Shown here piece by piece: positions 1 to 9,743 of a stretch of DNA of 64,000 bases (position 1 is its first letter; each line of letters opens with the position of its first letter). The stretch comes from Gammaproteobacteria bacterium. Lineage in GTDB: Bacteria; Pseudomonadota; Gammaproteobacteria; JABABF01. The notes below the pieces were generated by a model, which ran no database searches, was not told the origin of the DNA, and saw nothing but the letters and a program-made list of their open reading frames with translations. The stretch is from assembly GCA_965215045.1 (NCBI GenBank), contig OZ244031.1, positions 1,066,626 through 1,130,625 on the forward strand, written 5' to 3'. The position numbers and the translations under genes were made by a program.

Positions 1-2
1 CC

Positions 3-563
3 GCCGCTGCCGCGGGTTTCCAGCTGCGCATCGCCAGCGGTTTTCGCAGTTTCTCCCGCCAGCGGCAGATCTGGAACGACAAGCTGGCCGGCCGGCGCAC
101 CCTGCTGGATGCCCGGGAAAAACCGCTGCGGGCGGCGGCACTCCCGCCGCGGGAACGGGTCTTCGCCCTGTTGTACTGGTCGGCCCTGCCGGGTGCCTCG
201 CGCCACCACTGGGGCACCGACCTGGATGTCTATGACGGTGCGGTGCTGCCGCGGGGCCACCAGCTGCGCCTGACCCGCCTGGAAGCGGACACGGTGTTTG
301 CCGGTCTGCACCGCTGGCTGGACCAGCGCATCGCCAGCGATCGGGCCTTCGGTTTCTACCGCCCGTACCGCGGCCAGGGCGGGGTGTCGGCGGAGCCGTG
401 GCACCTGAGCTACCGGCCCCTGGCCCGGCTCTGCGAGCCGCGCATCACTCCCGGTTTCGTCCGCCGGGTACTGGGCGAGCGGAAAATTGCCCTGAAGCGG
501 GTGGTGTTGGACAATCTGCCACAGATCCACGAACGGTTTATCGCTCCTTATCACGAGGCCTAA
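3..563 (+). CDS. D-alanyl-D-alanine carboxypeptidase family protein (peptidase M15, VanY-like); 5' end outside window
   Basis: Frame-3 translation from the window edge reads ...FQLRIASGFRSFSRQRQIWNDK...SRHHWGTDLDVYD..., matching the M15/VanY zinc-peptidase SxHxxGxAxD region. Stop TAA at 561-563. Confidence 0.65.
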   Translation, partial: AAAAGFQLRIASGFRSFSRQRQIWNDKLAGRRTLLDAREKPLRAAALPPRERVFALLYWSALPGASRHHWGTDLDVYDGAVLPRGHQLRLTRLEADTVFAGLHRWLDQRIASDRAFGFYRPYRGQGGVSAEPWHLSYRPLARLCEPRITPGFVRRVLGERKIALKRVVLDNLPQIHERFIAPYHEA

Positions 564-565
564 AC

Positions 566-2191
566 ATGAACAAAAAGCGCATTTTTCTTCGTCGCCGCCA
601 GGTATTGGGCGGTGCCGCCGCGACCGCGGCACTGGCCGGCGGCCTGGGTGCCTGCAGTCCCCCCCGCTGGTCAAAGATCCGCTGGGACCTGGAGGCGGAG
701 TTCGTCGTGCTGGGTTCCGGTACCGGCCTGGTCGCCGCCCTGGCGGCGCGGGACGCGGGCCTGGAAGAAGTCGTGGTGCTGGAAAAGCGCGCCGTCCCCG
801 GCGGCAATACCGGCATCTCCGGCGGCGTCGCCTGGGTGCCGAACAATTCCCTGATGCGCGCGGAAGGCATCGCCGATTCGCGCGCCGGTGCCCTGCGCTA
901 CCTGCGGCACAACGCCCAGGAGCAGGCGGAGGAGGAACTGCTGGAGGCCTTTGTCGACCACGGGCCGCAAATGGCCGATTTCGTCCAGGCCCGCACCCCG
1001 GTGCGCTGGCGCCTGTCCAAGATCCTGGGCGCGGTCTCCGATTATCACCCGGAGTGGGATGGCAGCGTGATGCGCGGGCGCAGCATTGAACCCGCCGTGG
1101 ACGGAGCCTACCTGCTGGGCGGGCACCTGGTGAGCGGCCTGCTGCAGGGCCTGGAACGCCTGCAGATTCCGCTGCTCCTGGAGACCCCGGCCCAGCGCCT
1201 GATCAGTCGCCGGACCGCGGACGACGCCCTGGAGGTCATCGGCGTGCGCGCCCTGCGCCAGGGGCGGGAATTCAACGTGCGCGCCCGTCGCGGCGTATTG
1301 CTGGCCACCGGCGGCTTCGAAAACAACCCGGAACTGAAGCGGCATTTTCTGCGCGCGCCCTCGCTCTACACCTACGGCACGCCGGGCAACACCGGGGACG
1401 GCCTGCGCATGGCGATGCTGGTCGGTGCCGACCTGCGCAACCTGAACGAGGCGTGGGCGATCACCGTGTACAAGGCCGAGGGCGAGCGGGCCAAGGCCGG
1501 CGGCGAGGCGATGAGCCTGAACGGCCAGGTGGAAAAAAGAAGCCCCGGCTGCATCGCGGTCAACCGTTACGGCATGCGTTTTTGCAACGAGGCCGGCCCC
1601 TACGACCCCTCCTGGAGTGTCTACGCGGTGCGGGAAAATTCCGGGCTCCTGGACTATCGCAACCTGCCCGCCTTTCATATTTTTGATTACAAGGTGCGGC
1701 GCGATGGCACCATCGCCGGGCGCAGCGCCGGGCAGGCGCTGCCGGACTGGGTGCGCCGTGCGGACAGTGTGCCCGAACTGGCCCGTATCCTGGGCATCGA
1801 CGCCGACCAGCTGCAACAGACGGTGCGGGAATTCAACCACCATGCGCGCCGGGGCCGGGACCCGCTGTTTCACCGCGGCATCGGCAACTACGACCGGCGC
1901 GCCGACCCCGATATACGCGCCACCCTGGCACCGGTGGATACACCGCCGTTTTTTGGTGCCGAAGTGGCACCGGCAGATAGCGGCACCTGCGGCGGTCCCC
2001 GGGTCAACGCCAATGCGCAGGTGTTAAATCCCTTCGGCGAGATCATCGGGCGTCTGTACGCCTCGGGGAATTGCTCTGGCGTCGGCGCCCCGGGCACCGG
2101 CTATGCCGGCGGCGGCGGCACCATCGGCCCGGCGATGAGCTTCGCCTACATCGCCGGCCGCCATGTGAGTACCCTGAAATCCTGGAGCTGA
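566..2191 (+). CDS. FAD-dependent oxidoreductase (fumarate reductase/3-ketosteroid dehydrogenase-like flavoprotein) with Tat signal peptide
   Basis: ATG at 566 (internal M57 of ORF 398..2191). N-terminus MNKKRIFLRRRQVLGGAAATAALAGG is a twin-arginine signal. FAD-binding fingerprint VVLGSGTGLVAALAARDAGLEVVVLEKRAVPGGNTGISGG. Confidence 0.75.
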   Translation: MNKKRIFLRRRQVLGGAAATAALAGGLGACSPPRWSKIRWDLEAEFVVLGSGTGLVAALAARDAGLEEVVVLEKRAVPGGNTGISGGVAWVPNNSLMRAEGIADSRAGALRYLRHNAQEQAEEELLEAFVDHGPQMADFVQARTPVRWRLSKILGAVSDYHPEWDGSVMRGRSIEPAVDGAYLLGGHLVSGLLQGLERLQIPLLLETPAQRLISRRTADDALEVIGVRALRQGREFNVRARRGVLLATGGFENNPELKRHFLRAPSLYTYGTPGNTGDGLRMAMLVGADLRNLNEAWAITVYKAEGERAKAGGEAMSLNGQVEKRSPGCIAVNRYGMRFCNEAGPYDPSWSVYAVRENSGLLDYRNLPAFHIFDYKVRRDGTIAGRSAGQALPDWVRRADSVPELARILGIDADQLQQTVREFNHHARRGRDPLFHRGIGNYDRRADPDIRATLAPVDTPPFFGAEVAPADSGTCGGPRVNANAQVLNPFGEIIGRLYASGNCSGVGAPGTGYAGGGGTIGPAMSFAYIAGRHVSTLKSWS

Positions 2192-2199
2192 ACCGAGCC

Positions 2200-3357
2200 A
2201 TGAACAATCCCATTGCGCCCCTGCTGGGTGCAGATGAACAATTCATTCACCAGCACACCGACACCTTTGCCGTCAGCGCCTCCACGGATCTCTCGTGGAC
2301 CGAGAAGGTCTGCGCGATGGCGATGGCCCGGGACGGCAGCCTGCAGATCGGTTTCGGCCTGGGCAAGTACGTCAATCGCAACGTGATGGACGGCTACGCG
2401 GCCTTGAGCCTGGGCCCACAGCAGTACACCGTGCGTGCCAGCCGCCGCCTGGGCAGTGCCCCGGAGCAGACCGCCGTCGGCCCCCTGCATTACGAAATCG
2501 TCGAACCAATGCGCAAAATACGCTTCCGGCTGGAGAAAAACGAGGTGCAGCCGATCGCTTTCGACTGGTTGTTCGAAGCCGTGCTGCCGCCCTTTGTCGA
2601 AGATCGCACCCACCTGCGCCAGGAGTACCGGCTGGCCTCCGACCTGGTGCGTTATCATCAGATCGGGCTGGCCTCGGGCTGGCTCGAACACGAGGGTCAG
2701 CGGGTGGAGATGGGGTCGCAGGACTGGGTGTCCACCCGCGACCATTCCTGGGGAGTGCGCTACGATGTCGGCCGCCCGCCCGCCGACTTGCAGCCGGGAC
2801 TGGGCCTGCCCGAGGGTTCCAGTTTCATGATGATCTGGTGTCCCGTGCTGATGCACACGGGCGACGGCAGCCCGTACGGCCTGCACCTGCATTTCACCCG
2901 GGTGCAGATGCCGGGTTTTGCGCAGAAGATGGTGACGGCGCGGGTGGAACAGGCCGACGGCAGCGAACAGAAGATCGTCGACATCGAACCCGGGCTGAAT
3001 TTTGATCCGCAGAACCGCCGCCTCCTGGGCGGGGAATTGCACTGCACGATGGAGGATGGCTCAGACCGCCCCCTGCAACTGGAGGTGTTGGGCGACACCG
3101 GCGTGCACCTGGGCGCCGGCCTCTACTTTGGTTTCGACGGGCATTATCACGGCGAGTGGCGCGGCGAATTGCACGTCGACGGAGAGCACATCGACGATTG
3201 CCGCACCCCGGAGGCGGCGCGCCGCCTGCACCAGATCCGCGACACGGCGGTGCGGGTGCTGGACCCCGTCGCCGGCGGAGAGGGCCGGGGCAACTGCCAG
3301 CCGATTGTCTCCGGCCCCTGGCCGGAACTGGGTTTGGGTGCGGAGACCTGGTTTTAG
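2200..3357 (+). CDS. hypothetical protein, apparently co-transcribed with the upstream flavoprotein
   Basis: ATG at 2200 (M44 of ORF 2071..3357), 9 nt after the upstream stop. 385 aa with no family I can name confidently. Confidence 0.5.
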   Translation: MNNPIAPLLGADEQFIHQHTDTFAVSASTDLSWTEKVCAMAMARDGSLQIGFGLGKYVNRNVMDGYAALSLGPQQYTVRASRRLGSAPEQTAVGPLHYEIVEPMRKIRFRLEKNEVQPIAFDWLFEAVLPPFVEDRTHLRQEYRLASDLVRYHQIGLASGWLEHEGQRVEMGSQDWVSTRDHSWGVRYDVGRPPADLQPGLGLPEGSSFMMIWCPVLMHTGDGSPYGLHLHFTRVQMPGFAQKMVTARVEQADGSEQKIVDIEPGLNFDPQNRRLLGGELHCTMEDGSDRPLQLEVLGDTGVHLGAGLYFGFDGHYHGEWRGELHVDGEHIDDCRTPEAARRLHQIRDTAVRVLDPVAGGEGRGNCQPIVSGPWPELGLGAETWF

Positions 3358-3437
3358 CTTTTGCGGCCGGGGAAGTCCGGCCCGCCTGTCACAGCCGCTG
3401 CCACGCCGCCGCCGGCGCCCTGGCCCGGATCATTTCC

Positions 3438-3836
3438 TCAGTCGTACATTCCCAGCGAGGCCATGTACAGGGAGTCCATCGCCTCCCATATCTCGACGAT
3501 CTTGCCGCCCTGCACGCGGAAGCGGAAGAAATACTGGTTTTCATAGTCCTTCCCCTTGCTGGTCACGGCGCGCATCGTGAAATGGGCGAATGCGTGTTCG
3601 CCGTCGGCAACGACCAGGTGCAGCTCCACCTTCATGGTCTCCAAGCGGAACATCGGCAGCCCCCTTTCCAGCATTTTCAGCACCTGGTCCTTGCCGTCGA
3701 AATCGGCACCGAAGGGGTGATGCGGCGGCAGGTGCCAGACGATGGACTCGTCCAGGCAGTCGATAAAATTTCCCTCGAGCTCGCCGCTCAGAAGGCCGAA
3801 GTACTGGTCGATGGTCTCGCGGGTGTTCACTGGCAT
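3438..3836 (-). CDS. NTF2/SnoaL-like (ketosteroid-isomerase fold) small protein
   Basis: 132-aa ORF; ATG (cat) at 3834-3836; size and pattern fit SnoaL-like polyketide-cyclase-fold proteins. Confidence 0.6.
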   Translation of the reverse strand: MPVNTRETIDQYFGLLSGELEGNFIDCLDESIVWHLPPHHPFGADFDGKDQVLKMLERGLPMFRLETMKVELHLVVADGEHAFAHFTMRAVTSKGKDYENQYFFRFRVQGGKIVEIWEAMDSLYMASLGMYD

Positions 3837-3959
3837 TTCCCCCAGGCGTCAGTCTTGTTTGCAACGTGCCCCGCCGGCACCGGTCGGGCACACTCCTACT
3901 ATAAACAGCACCGCTGCAAAGCGCAAAACCTGGCCGTTAGCCATTGAGTGGTTGCGCAT

Positions 3960-4151
3960 CTGCCGTCTCTGCTACCGTCTTTTCTGCCGTCTCTGCTATC
4001 GTCTCTTCTGCCGTCTCTTCTGCCGTCTCTTCTGCCGTCTCTGCTACCGTCTTTTCTGCCGTCTCTGCTGCCGTCTTTTCTGCCGTCTCTTCTGCCGTCT
4101 CTTCTGCCGTCTCTGCTACCGTCTTTTCTACCGTCTCTGCTACCGCCCCTG
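3960..4151. repeat. 16 tandem copies of a 12-bp unit CTGCCGTCTCTK with a 72-bp (6-unit) higher-order periodicity
   Basis: Read directly: ctgccgtctctg ctaccgtctttt ctgccgtctctg ctatcgtctctt ctgccgtctctt ctgccgtctctt, repeated. Intergenic between the SnoaL-like gene promoter side and the pyrF 3' end. Confidence 0.9.
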
Positions 4152-4197
4152 GGGAGTGCCGTGGCCCCCCTGTGGTGCGCGAGTGGTTTCTCGGCGT

Positions 4198-4905
4198 TTA
4201 GCCGTGTTTTTCCAGGGCGCGCGCAATATCCTGCTGCAGGGCTTCGGCAGCCGCCCGGGGCTCCGGGGCCTCGCGGATGGGACGGCCGACAACGATGTAG
4301 TCCGCACCGTCTTCCACGGCACGCGCGGCTGTCAGCACCCGTTTCTGGTCATCGCCGCCCGCACCCTGGCGGATGCCCGGGGTGACGGCGAGCAGCGCAT
4401 CGCCGAAGTTGCGCCGCAGCCCGGGCAGCTCCGGCCCCGGGAGCACCACGCCGTCGCAACCGGCTTCCAGGGCGCGCGCGGCGCGTTGCATGACCAGCTC
4501 TTCCAGGGGTGCGGAAAATCCGAGCCGCCGCAGGTCCTGGGGGCTGTGACTGGTCAGCGAAGTCACCACGAGTATCTTCATCGCGCCCTTGTGAGAGACC
4601 GCGGCCTCCAGCATCTCCGGGCCGCCGTCGTGCACGGTGCAGAAAAATGCACCGCGCTGTGCCAGTTGCCGCACCGCCTGGGCCACGCTGCGCGGTATAT
4701 CGAGCAGCTTGAGGTCGATGAACACTTTCTTGTCCCGCTCCTGCAGCCAATCGGCCAGGCGCAGACCCTCCTCGTGGGTGCAGATTTCCATGCCCAGCTT
4801 GTAAAAATGCACCGCCTCTCCCAGTTGCTCCACGAGATGACGCCCGCCCTCCGGGTCCGGGAGGTCCAGGGCGCAGATCAGACGTTCCCGGTCGGGGATG
4901 CTCAT
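4198..4905 (-). CDS. pyrF: orotidine 5'-phosphate decarboxylase
   Basis: 235 aa; ...ICALDLP...FIDLKLLDIP...VTPGIR... are typical OMP decarboxylase motifs. Confidence 0.9.
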   Translation of the reverse strand: MSIPDRERLICALDLPDPEGGRHLVEQLGEAVHFYKLGMEICTHEEGLRLADWLQERDKKVFIDLKLLDIPRSVAQAVRQLAQRGAFFCTVHDGGPEMLEAAVSHKGAMKILVVTSLTSHSPQDLRRLGFSAPLEELVMQRAARALEAGCDGVVLPGPELPGLRRNFGDALLAVTPGIRQGAGGDDQKRVLTAARAVEDGADYIVVGRPIREAPEPRAAAEALQQDIARALEKHG

Positions 4906-4984
4906 ACCATCACGGGGCAGCGGTGCGTGTGCGGACGAAGCTGCCCGTGCAGCGGGCCGGGGCCGTCTGCGGGCCCGCTGCCGG

Positions 4985-6322
4985 TTACCAGTTCAGGGCA
5001 CCGCCGGTCTGGTATTCCGTGACCCGGGTTTCAAAGAAGTTCTTTTCCTTGCGCAGGTCCATGATTTCACTCATCCACGGGAAGGGGCTCTCGGTGACGC
5101 GGAACTCCGGCTGCAAACCCAGCTGCACCAGGCGTCGGTCGGCGATGTAGTGCAGGTATTTCTCCATGGTCGGGGCGTTCATGCCCAGCACGCCGTGCGG
5201 CATGGTGTCGCGCGCGTATTCCACTTCCAGGGTGGTGCCCTCCAGGATCATGTCGGCGCACTCGCGGCAGAATTCCGGCGTCCACAGCTGCGGGTTCTCC
5301 AGCTTGATCTGGTTGATCATGTCGATGCCGAAATTGAGGTGCATCGACTCATCGCGCAGGATGTACTGGAACTGCTCTGCGGTGCCGGTCATCTTGTTGC
5401 GGCGTCCCATGGACAGGATCTGCGTGAAACCGCAGTAAAAGAAGATGCCCTCCATGACCACGTAAAAAGCGACCAGGTTGCGCAGCAGGTCCTGGTCTTT
5501 TTCCAGGGTGCCGGTCTGGAAAGCCGGGTTGCTGAGTTCGCGGGTATAGCCCAGTGCCCAGGATGCTTTTTTAGCCACGGAAGGCACTTCGCGGTACATG
5601 TTGAACACCTCTCCCTCGTCCATGCTCAGCGTCTCGATGCAGTACTGGTACGCGTGCGTGTGGATCGCCTCCTCGAAGGATTGACGCAACAGGTACTGCC
5701 GGCACTCGGGATTCGTGATATGCCGGTAAATCGCCAGCACCAGGTTGTTGGCGACCAGGGAGTCCGCGGTGGAGAAAAAGCCCAGGCTGCGTTGCACGAT
5801 GCGCCGCTCGTCTTCGGAGAGGCCATCCGTGCGTTTCCACAGGGCGATGTCTGCACTCATGTTGATCTCCTGGGGCATCCAGTGGTTGGCGCAGCCGTCC
5901 AGGTATTTCTGCCAGGCCCAATCGTACTTGAAGGGCACCAGCTGGTTGACATCGGCGCGGCAGTTGATCATGCGCTTGTCGTCGACCATCACGCGCGTGG
6001 CACACATCTCCAGTTCAGCCAGGCCGGGGGCGGGGTCGATTTCCTCCGCCGCCCGCACGGCCCGCGCCCGGGCATCCGTGTGTGCAGCGGGATGCCCGGC
6101 CGCCGGTGCGCCGGCCGGTGCTTCGCTACCGGGTTGCCCCGCCGGTGCGGCCAGGGCCGAGGGCATGCCGGGATGCATCTGCAGCTGCGGGTGCCCATCC
6201 TGCAGGGATGCCGGGTCCGCGGCTGCCGGTTGCAATTGCACGACCCCGGCCGGAGCCTGCGAGCGGACGGGAACAGGAGCCTGTTCTGCGCCCTCGTAAT
6301 AATCTTCTTTCCAATTCAGCAT
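4985..6322 (-). CDS. nrdB: ribonucleoside-diphosphate reductase class Ia beta subunit, Pseudomonas-type with long N-terminal extension
   Basis: Strong identity to NrdB (…[18 protein letters not shown]…[11 protein letters not shown]…[10 protein letters not shown]…[10 protein letters not shown]…). Start placed at the MLNW ATG (6322), which follows an AAGGGGGG ribosome-binding site. The table ORF extends to 6340. Confidence 0.88.
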   Translation of the reverse strand: MLNWKEDYYEGAEQAPVPVRSQAPAGVVQLQPAAADPASLQDGHPQLQMHPGMPSALAAPAGQPGSEAPAGAPAAGHPAAHTDARARAVRAAEEIDPAPGLAELEMCATRVMVDDKRMINCRADVNQLVPFKYDWAWQKYLDGCANHWMPQEINMSADIALWKRTDGLSEDERRIVQRSLGFFSTADSLVANNLVLAIYRHITNPECRQYLLRQSFEEAIHTHAYQYCIETLSMDEGEVFNMYREVPSVAKKASWALGYTRELSNPAFQTGTLEKDQDLLRNLVAFYVVMEGIFFYCGFTQILSMGRRNKMTGTAEQFQYILRDESMHLNFGIDMINQIKLENPQLWTPEFCRECADMILEGTTLEVEYARDTMPHGVLGMNAPTMEKYLHYIADRRLVQLGLQPEFRVTESPFPWMSEIMDLRKEKNFFETRVTEYQTGGALNW

Positions 6323-6404
6323 GATCATTCCCCCCTTCACATTGCCTTCAAAGATTTAATCCGCCCGCATCGCACGCGACGCAGAAAAACATGGACTCCC
6401 GGGT

Positions 6405-9317
6405 TTACTGGCAGGCCTCACAATCCGGGTCCTCGATGCTGCAGGCCTGGGCGCCGTTGCTGGGCCGGTCGCTGGGCACGGAGTTCAGGACCCCGGCATT
6501 GAGCGTCGACTTTTCAGTGGCGGTCGCACCCAGGGTGCGCAGGTAATAGGTGGTCTTGAGTCCGGATTGCCAGGCCATCCGGTACACGGTGCTGATCTTG
6601 CGACCGTCGCTGTGCGGCACGTACAGGTTCAGCGATTGCGCCTGGTCCAACCATTTCTGGCGGCGGCTGGCGGCATCGACCAGGAAGGGCAGTTCCACTT
6701 CGAAGGCGGTGGCATACAGTGCCTTGAGTTCCTGCGGCACGCGGTCGATGGCCTGCACGCTGCCCTCGCAGTACTTGATGTCACTGACCATGACCTTGTC
6801 CCAGAGTCCCTGTTCCTTGAGGTCCCGCGCCAGGTACGGGTTGACCACGGTGAACTCCCCGGACATGTTGGACTTGGTGTACAGGTTGCTGTAGGTGGGC
6901 TCAATGGATTGGGAGACGTTGGCGATGTTGCTGATGGTCGCAGTCGGGGCGATCGCCATCACGTTGGAATTGCGCATGCCCTGTTCCTGCACGGTCTTGC
7001 GCAGGCTGTCCCAATCCAGGCTGCGGTCCCGGTTCACCTGCAGGAACTGTTCGCCGCGTTCCGCACCCAGCAGGTCCAGCGAGTCGATGGGCAGAATGCC
7101 GCGGCTCCAGAGGGAACCCTCGTAACTGCCATACTTGCCGCGCGTCGCCGCGAGTTCGGCAGAGGCCTGGATTGCAAAGTAACTGATCGCCTCCATGGAG
7201 CGGTCGGCAAACTCCACCGCCTGCGGGGAGCTGTAGGGAATGCGCTGCTTGAACAGGGCATCCTGGAAACCCATGAGTCCGAGCCCGATCGGGCGATGCA
7301 ACAGGTTGGAATTCCTGGCGGCCTCCACGGAGTAGTAATTGATGTCGATGACGTTGTCCAGCATGCGGACTGCGGTGCGTACCGTTTTTTCCAGTTTTTC
7401 CATGTCCAGGCCCTGTGCGTTGACGTGCGCGGCCAGGTTCACGGACCCCAGGTTGCACACGGCGATTTCCTCGCCGGCGCGGGTGTTCAGGGTGATCTCC
7501 GTGCACAGGTTGGAGGAGTGCACCACGCCGGTATGCTGTTGCGGTGAACGAACATTGCAGGCGTCTTTGAACGTGATCCAGGGATGCCCCGTATCAAACA
7601 GCATGCTGATCATGCGCCGCCACAGGTCCCAGGTTTTGACTTTCTTGAAGTTGCGGAGCTCGCCCTGTGCCGCCTGCTGTTCGTATTCTTCGTAGCGTTT
7701 TTCAAAATCGCGTCCGTACAGTTCGTGCAGGTCCTGGGTTTCGTCCGGGGAAAACAGGGTCCAGTCACTGTCGTCCTGCTCCAGCCGTTTCATGAACAGG
7801 TCGGGCACCCAGTTGGCGGTGTGCATGTCATGCGTGCGCCGACGATCGTCGCCGGTGTTCTTGCGCAGCTCCAGGAATTCCTCGATGTCCAGGTGCCAGG
7901 TCTCCAGGTAACAGCAGGTGGCACCATTGCGCTTGCCTCCCTGGTTGACGGCCAGCGTGGCGTCATTCGCCACTTTCAGAAAAGGCACCACCCCCTGGGA
8001 CTTGCCATTGGTGCCGCGAATATGGGACCCGATGGCGCGCACCGGGGTCCAGTCATTGCCCAGCCCGCCCGACCACTTGGAGAGCATCGCGTTGTCGTGG
8101 ATGGCGTTGAAAATCCCGTCCAGGTCATCGGGCACCGTGACCAGGTAGCAGGAGGACAGCTGCGGCTTGCAGGTGCCGGAGTTGAACAGGGTCGGCGTGG
8201 AACTCAGGTAATCAAAAGCGGACAGCAGCTGGTAGAACTCGATGGCGCGCTCCTCGCGCTGTTCTTCTTCGACGGCCAGGCCCATGGCCACGCGCATGAA
8301 AAAGATCTGCGGCAGTTCCAGGCGCTGGTCCTCCCAGTGCAGGAAATAGCGGTCATACAGTGTTTGCAGCCCCAGGTAACTGAATTGCAGGTCGCGTTCG
8401 GCCTGCAGTGCGGTGCCGATTTTTTGCAAGTCAAATTCCGCCAGCCGCGGGTCCAGCAGCTGCAGTTCCACCGCGCGTTCGATGTAGCGGGGCAGGACCT
8501 GCGGGTAGAGTGCCTGCATCTCCGACTGGCCGGCGGCGGGCAAATCGAAGATCGGCAGCACCTCGCCGCGCAGCTTGTGCAGCAGCAGCCGGGCGGTGAC
8601 GAAACTGTAATCGGTATCCTGTTCGACCAGGGCGCGGCTGGAAATGATGAGCGAGGTCAGCACCTCGCTCTCGGCGACGCCATCGTACAGGCTTTCCAGG
8701 GTTTGCTCGATGATGTGGTCTGCGTCGACATGCTGCAGCCCGGCGCAGGCCTCGTGCACGAGTTCGCGCAGGCCCTGCAAGTCCAGCGGTTTGGACTGTC
8801 CGTCGGCGTCGACGACAGACAGCAGGGTCTCCGCGGTCACCGGTTCCTGTTCCTGTTCCGCCTCGCGCTCCTTGCGCCGCTGCTCGCGGTACAGCACGTA
8901 CGAGCGCGCCACCTGCTGCAATTCCTCGCGCATCAGGGCCAGCTCGACCTGGTCCTGGATCTCTTCGATATGGATCGCACCGCCGGAAGGCAGACGCTGC
9001 AGGAAGGTTTGTGTCACTCTCCGGGTCAGGCTGCGGGTAATTTCCCGCACCCGCACCGACATGGCGGACTCGGTGCCCTCCACATCCAGGAATGCCTTGG
9101 TGATCGCGATACTGATTTTCTCGTCGTTGTAGGGGACCACCGTGCCGTTGCGCTTGATAACGCCCAACTGGCCCGGCGTCGTGGCGCTGATCTCGGGCGG
9201 TGCCTGCGTTTCGGCCCGGGCGGCGGATTGTCCGTTGCCGCCGGGGGCGGGCGTCGGCTCTATGGGAGTGGGGGCGGTTTCAGGCATGGTCTCAATCTCC
9301 TGCCGGTATTCCGGCAC
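6405..9317 (-). CDS. nrdA: ribonucleoside-diphosphate reductase class Ia alpha subunit (970 aa, ATP-cone N-terminus)
   Basis: ATP-cone sequence (LGVIKRNGTVVPYNDEKISIAITKAF), catalytic core, and C-terminal CSIEDPDCEACQ tail. Sits immediately upstream of nrdB on the same strand. Confidence 0.9.
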   Translation of the reverse strand: MPEYRQEIETMPETAPTPIEPTPAPGGNGQSAARAETQAPPEISATTPGQLGVIKRNGTVVPYNDEKISIAITKAFLDVEGTESAMSVRVREITRSLTRRVTQTFLQRLPSGGAIHIEEIQDQVELALMREELQQVARSYVLYREQRRKEREAEQEQEPVTAETLLSVVDADGQSKPLDLQGLRELVHEACAGLQHVDADHIIEQTLESLYDGVAESEVLTSLIISSRALVEQDTDYSFVTARLLLHKLRGEVLPIFDLPAAGQSEMQALYPQVLPRYIERAVELQLLDPRLAEFDLQKIGTALQAERDLQFSYLGLQTLYDRYFLHWEDQRLELPQIFFMRVAMGLAVEEEQREERAIEFYQLLSAFDYLSSTPTLFNSGTCKPQLSSCYLVTVPDDLDGIFNAIHDNAMLSKWSGGLGNDWTPVRAIGSHIRGTNGKSQGVVPFLKVANDATLAVNQGGKRNGATCCYLETWHLDIEEFLELRKNTGDDRRRTHDMHTANWVPDLFMKRLEQDDSDWTLFSPDETQDLHELYGRDFEKRYEEYEQQAAQGELRNFKKVKTWDLWRRMISMLFDTGHPWITFKDACNVRSPQQHTGVVHSSNLCTEITLNTRAGEEIAVCNLGSVNLAAHVNAQGLDMEKLEKTVRTAVRMLDNVIDINYYSVEAARNSNLLHRPIGLGLMGFQDALFKQRIPYSSPQAVEFADRSMEAISYFAIQASAELAATRGKYGSYEGSLWSRGILPIDSLDLLGAERGEQFLQVNRDRSLDWDSLRKTVQEQGMRNSNVMAIAPTATISNIANVSQSIEPTYSNLYTKSNMSGEFTVVNPYLARDLKEQGLWDKVMVSDIKYCEGSVQAIDRVPQELKALYATAFEVELPFLVDAASRRQKWLDQAQSLNLYVPHSDGRKISTVYRMAWQSGLKTTYYLRTLGATATEKSTLNAGVLNSVPSDRPSNGAQACSIEDPDCEACQ

Positions 9318-9545
9318 GCTGCGAGCAGACCGTCCGGGTCATGGATGGCCGTCTCTTTCTCTTTGGCCCGCTCCGCCCGGCTGCGCTCCAAACGGGATCC
9401 TGGTTTAAATCCGCAGCTACCGGTCTGTTTTGACCGGCCCCGGCCGATGGCGGGGGAAGCGGGAACATAAGCAGTCTGCAGCGTGAGGGTCGAGGCGGGC
9501 CAACAAGGGAAAACGCACCCCATAATACTACCAGGAATTCCAATC

Positions 9546-9660
9546 GTCAATATATACTCAGAAGTAGTCTTGCAGAGACTATATGTGGATAATTCTGTGG
9601 AACAGCATATATATTGACTGTCTAAAGTCCGTGGAAAACCCTGGAAAAAACTGTGGATAA
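9546..9660 (-). promoter_or_regulatory. nrdA control region: AT-rich palindromic NrdR-like boxes plus two perfect DnaA boxes (TGTGGATAA)
   Basis: TGTGGATAA at 9584-9592 and 9652-9660 is the reverse complement of the DnaA box TTATCCACA. AT-rich palindromic elements gtcaATATATActc (9546-9560), agACTATATGTgg (9575-9590) and cagcATATATATTGactg (9603-9620) resemble NrdR boxes. DnaA and NrdR regulation of nrdAB is established in E. coli. Confidence 0.4.
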
Positions 9661-9743
9661 ATCCCGCCCCCGGGCCCGGGTACGGCCCGCACCGCAAGGG
9701 TGAAAAATACGCCCTTATAAATCAATAACTTACAGGGTGTCTC

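Noticed and set aside
398-565. Upstream extension of the flavoprotein ORF to 398
   Set aside because: The extension overlaps the M15 peptidase gene in another frame and lacks a signal peptide. The ATG at 566 immediately precedes a canonical Tat signal and follows the upstream stop by 2 nt.
3948-4385. ORF encoding an (LPSL)n repeat protein across the 12-bp satellite
   Set aside because: It is produced purely by the 12-bp periodicity. It overlaps the pyrF 3' end on the opposite strand, has no ribosome-binding site, and the alternative frames give equally open repeats. Treated as non-coding repeat.
9318-9560. Cobalamin or other riboswitch in the long nrdA 5' leader
   Set aside because: No B12-box-like or other riboswitch core recognised. 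Class Ia RNR operons are normally NrdR-controlled, and NrdR-like and DnaA boxes are present instead.
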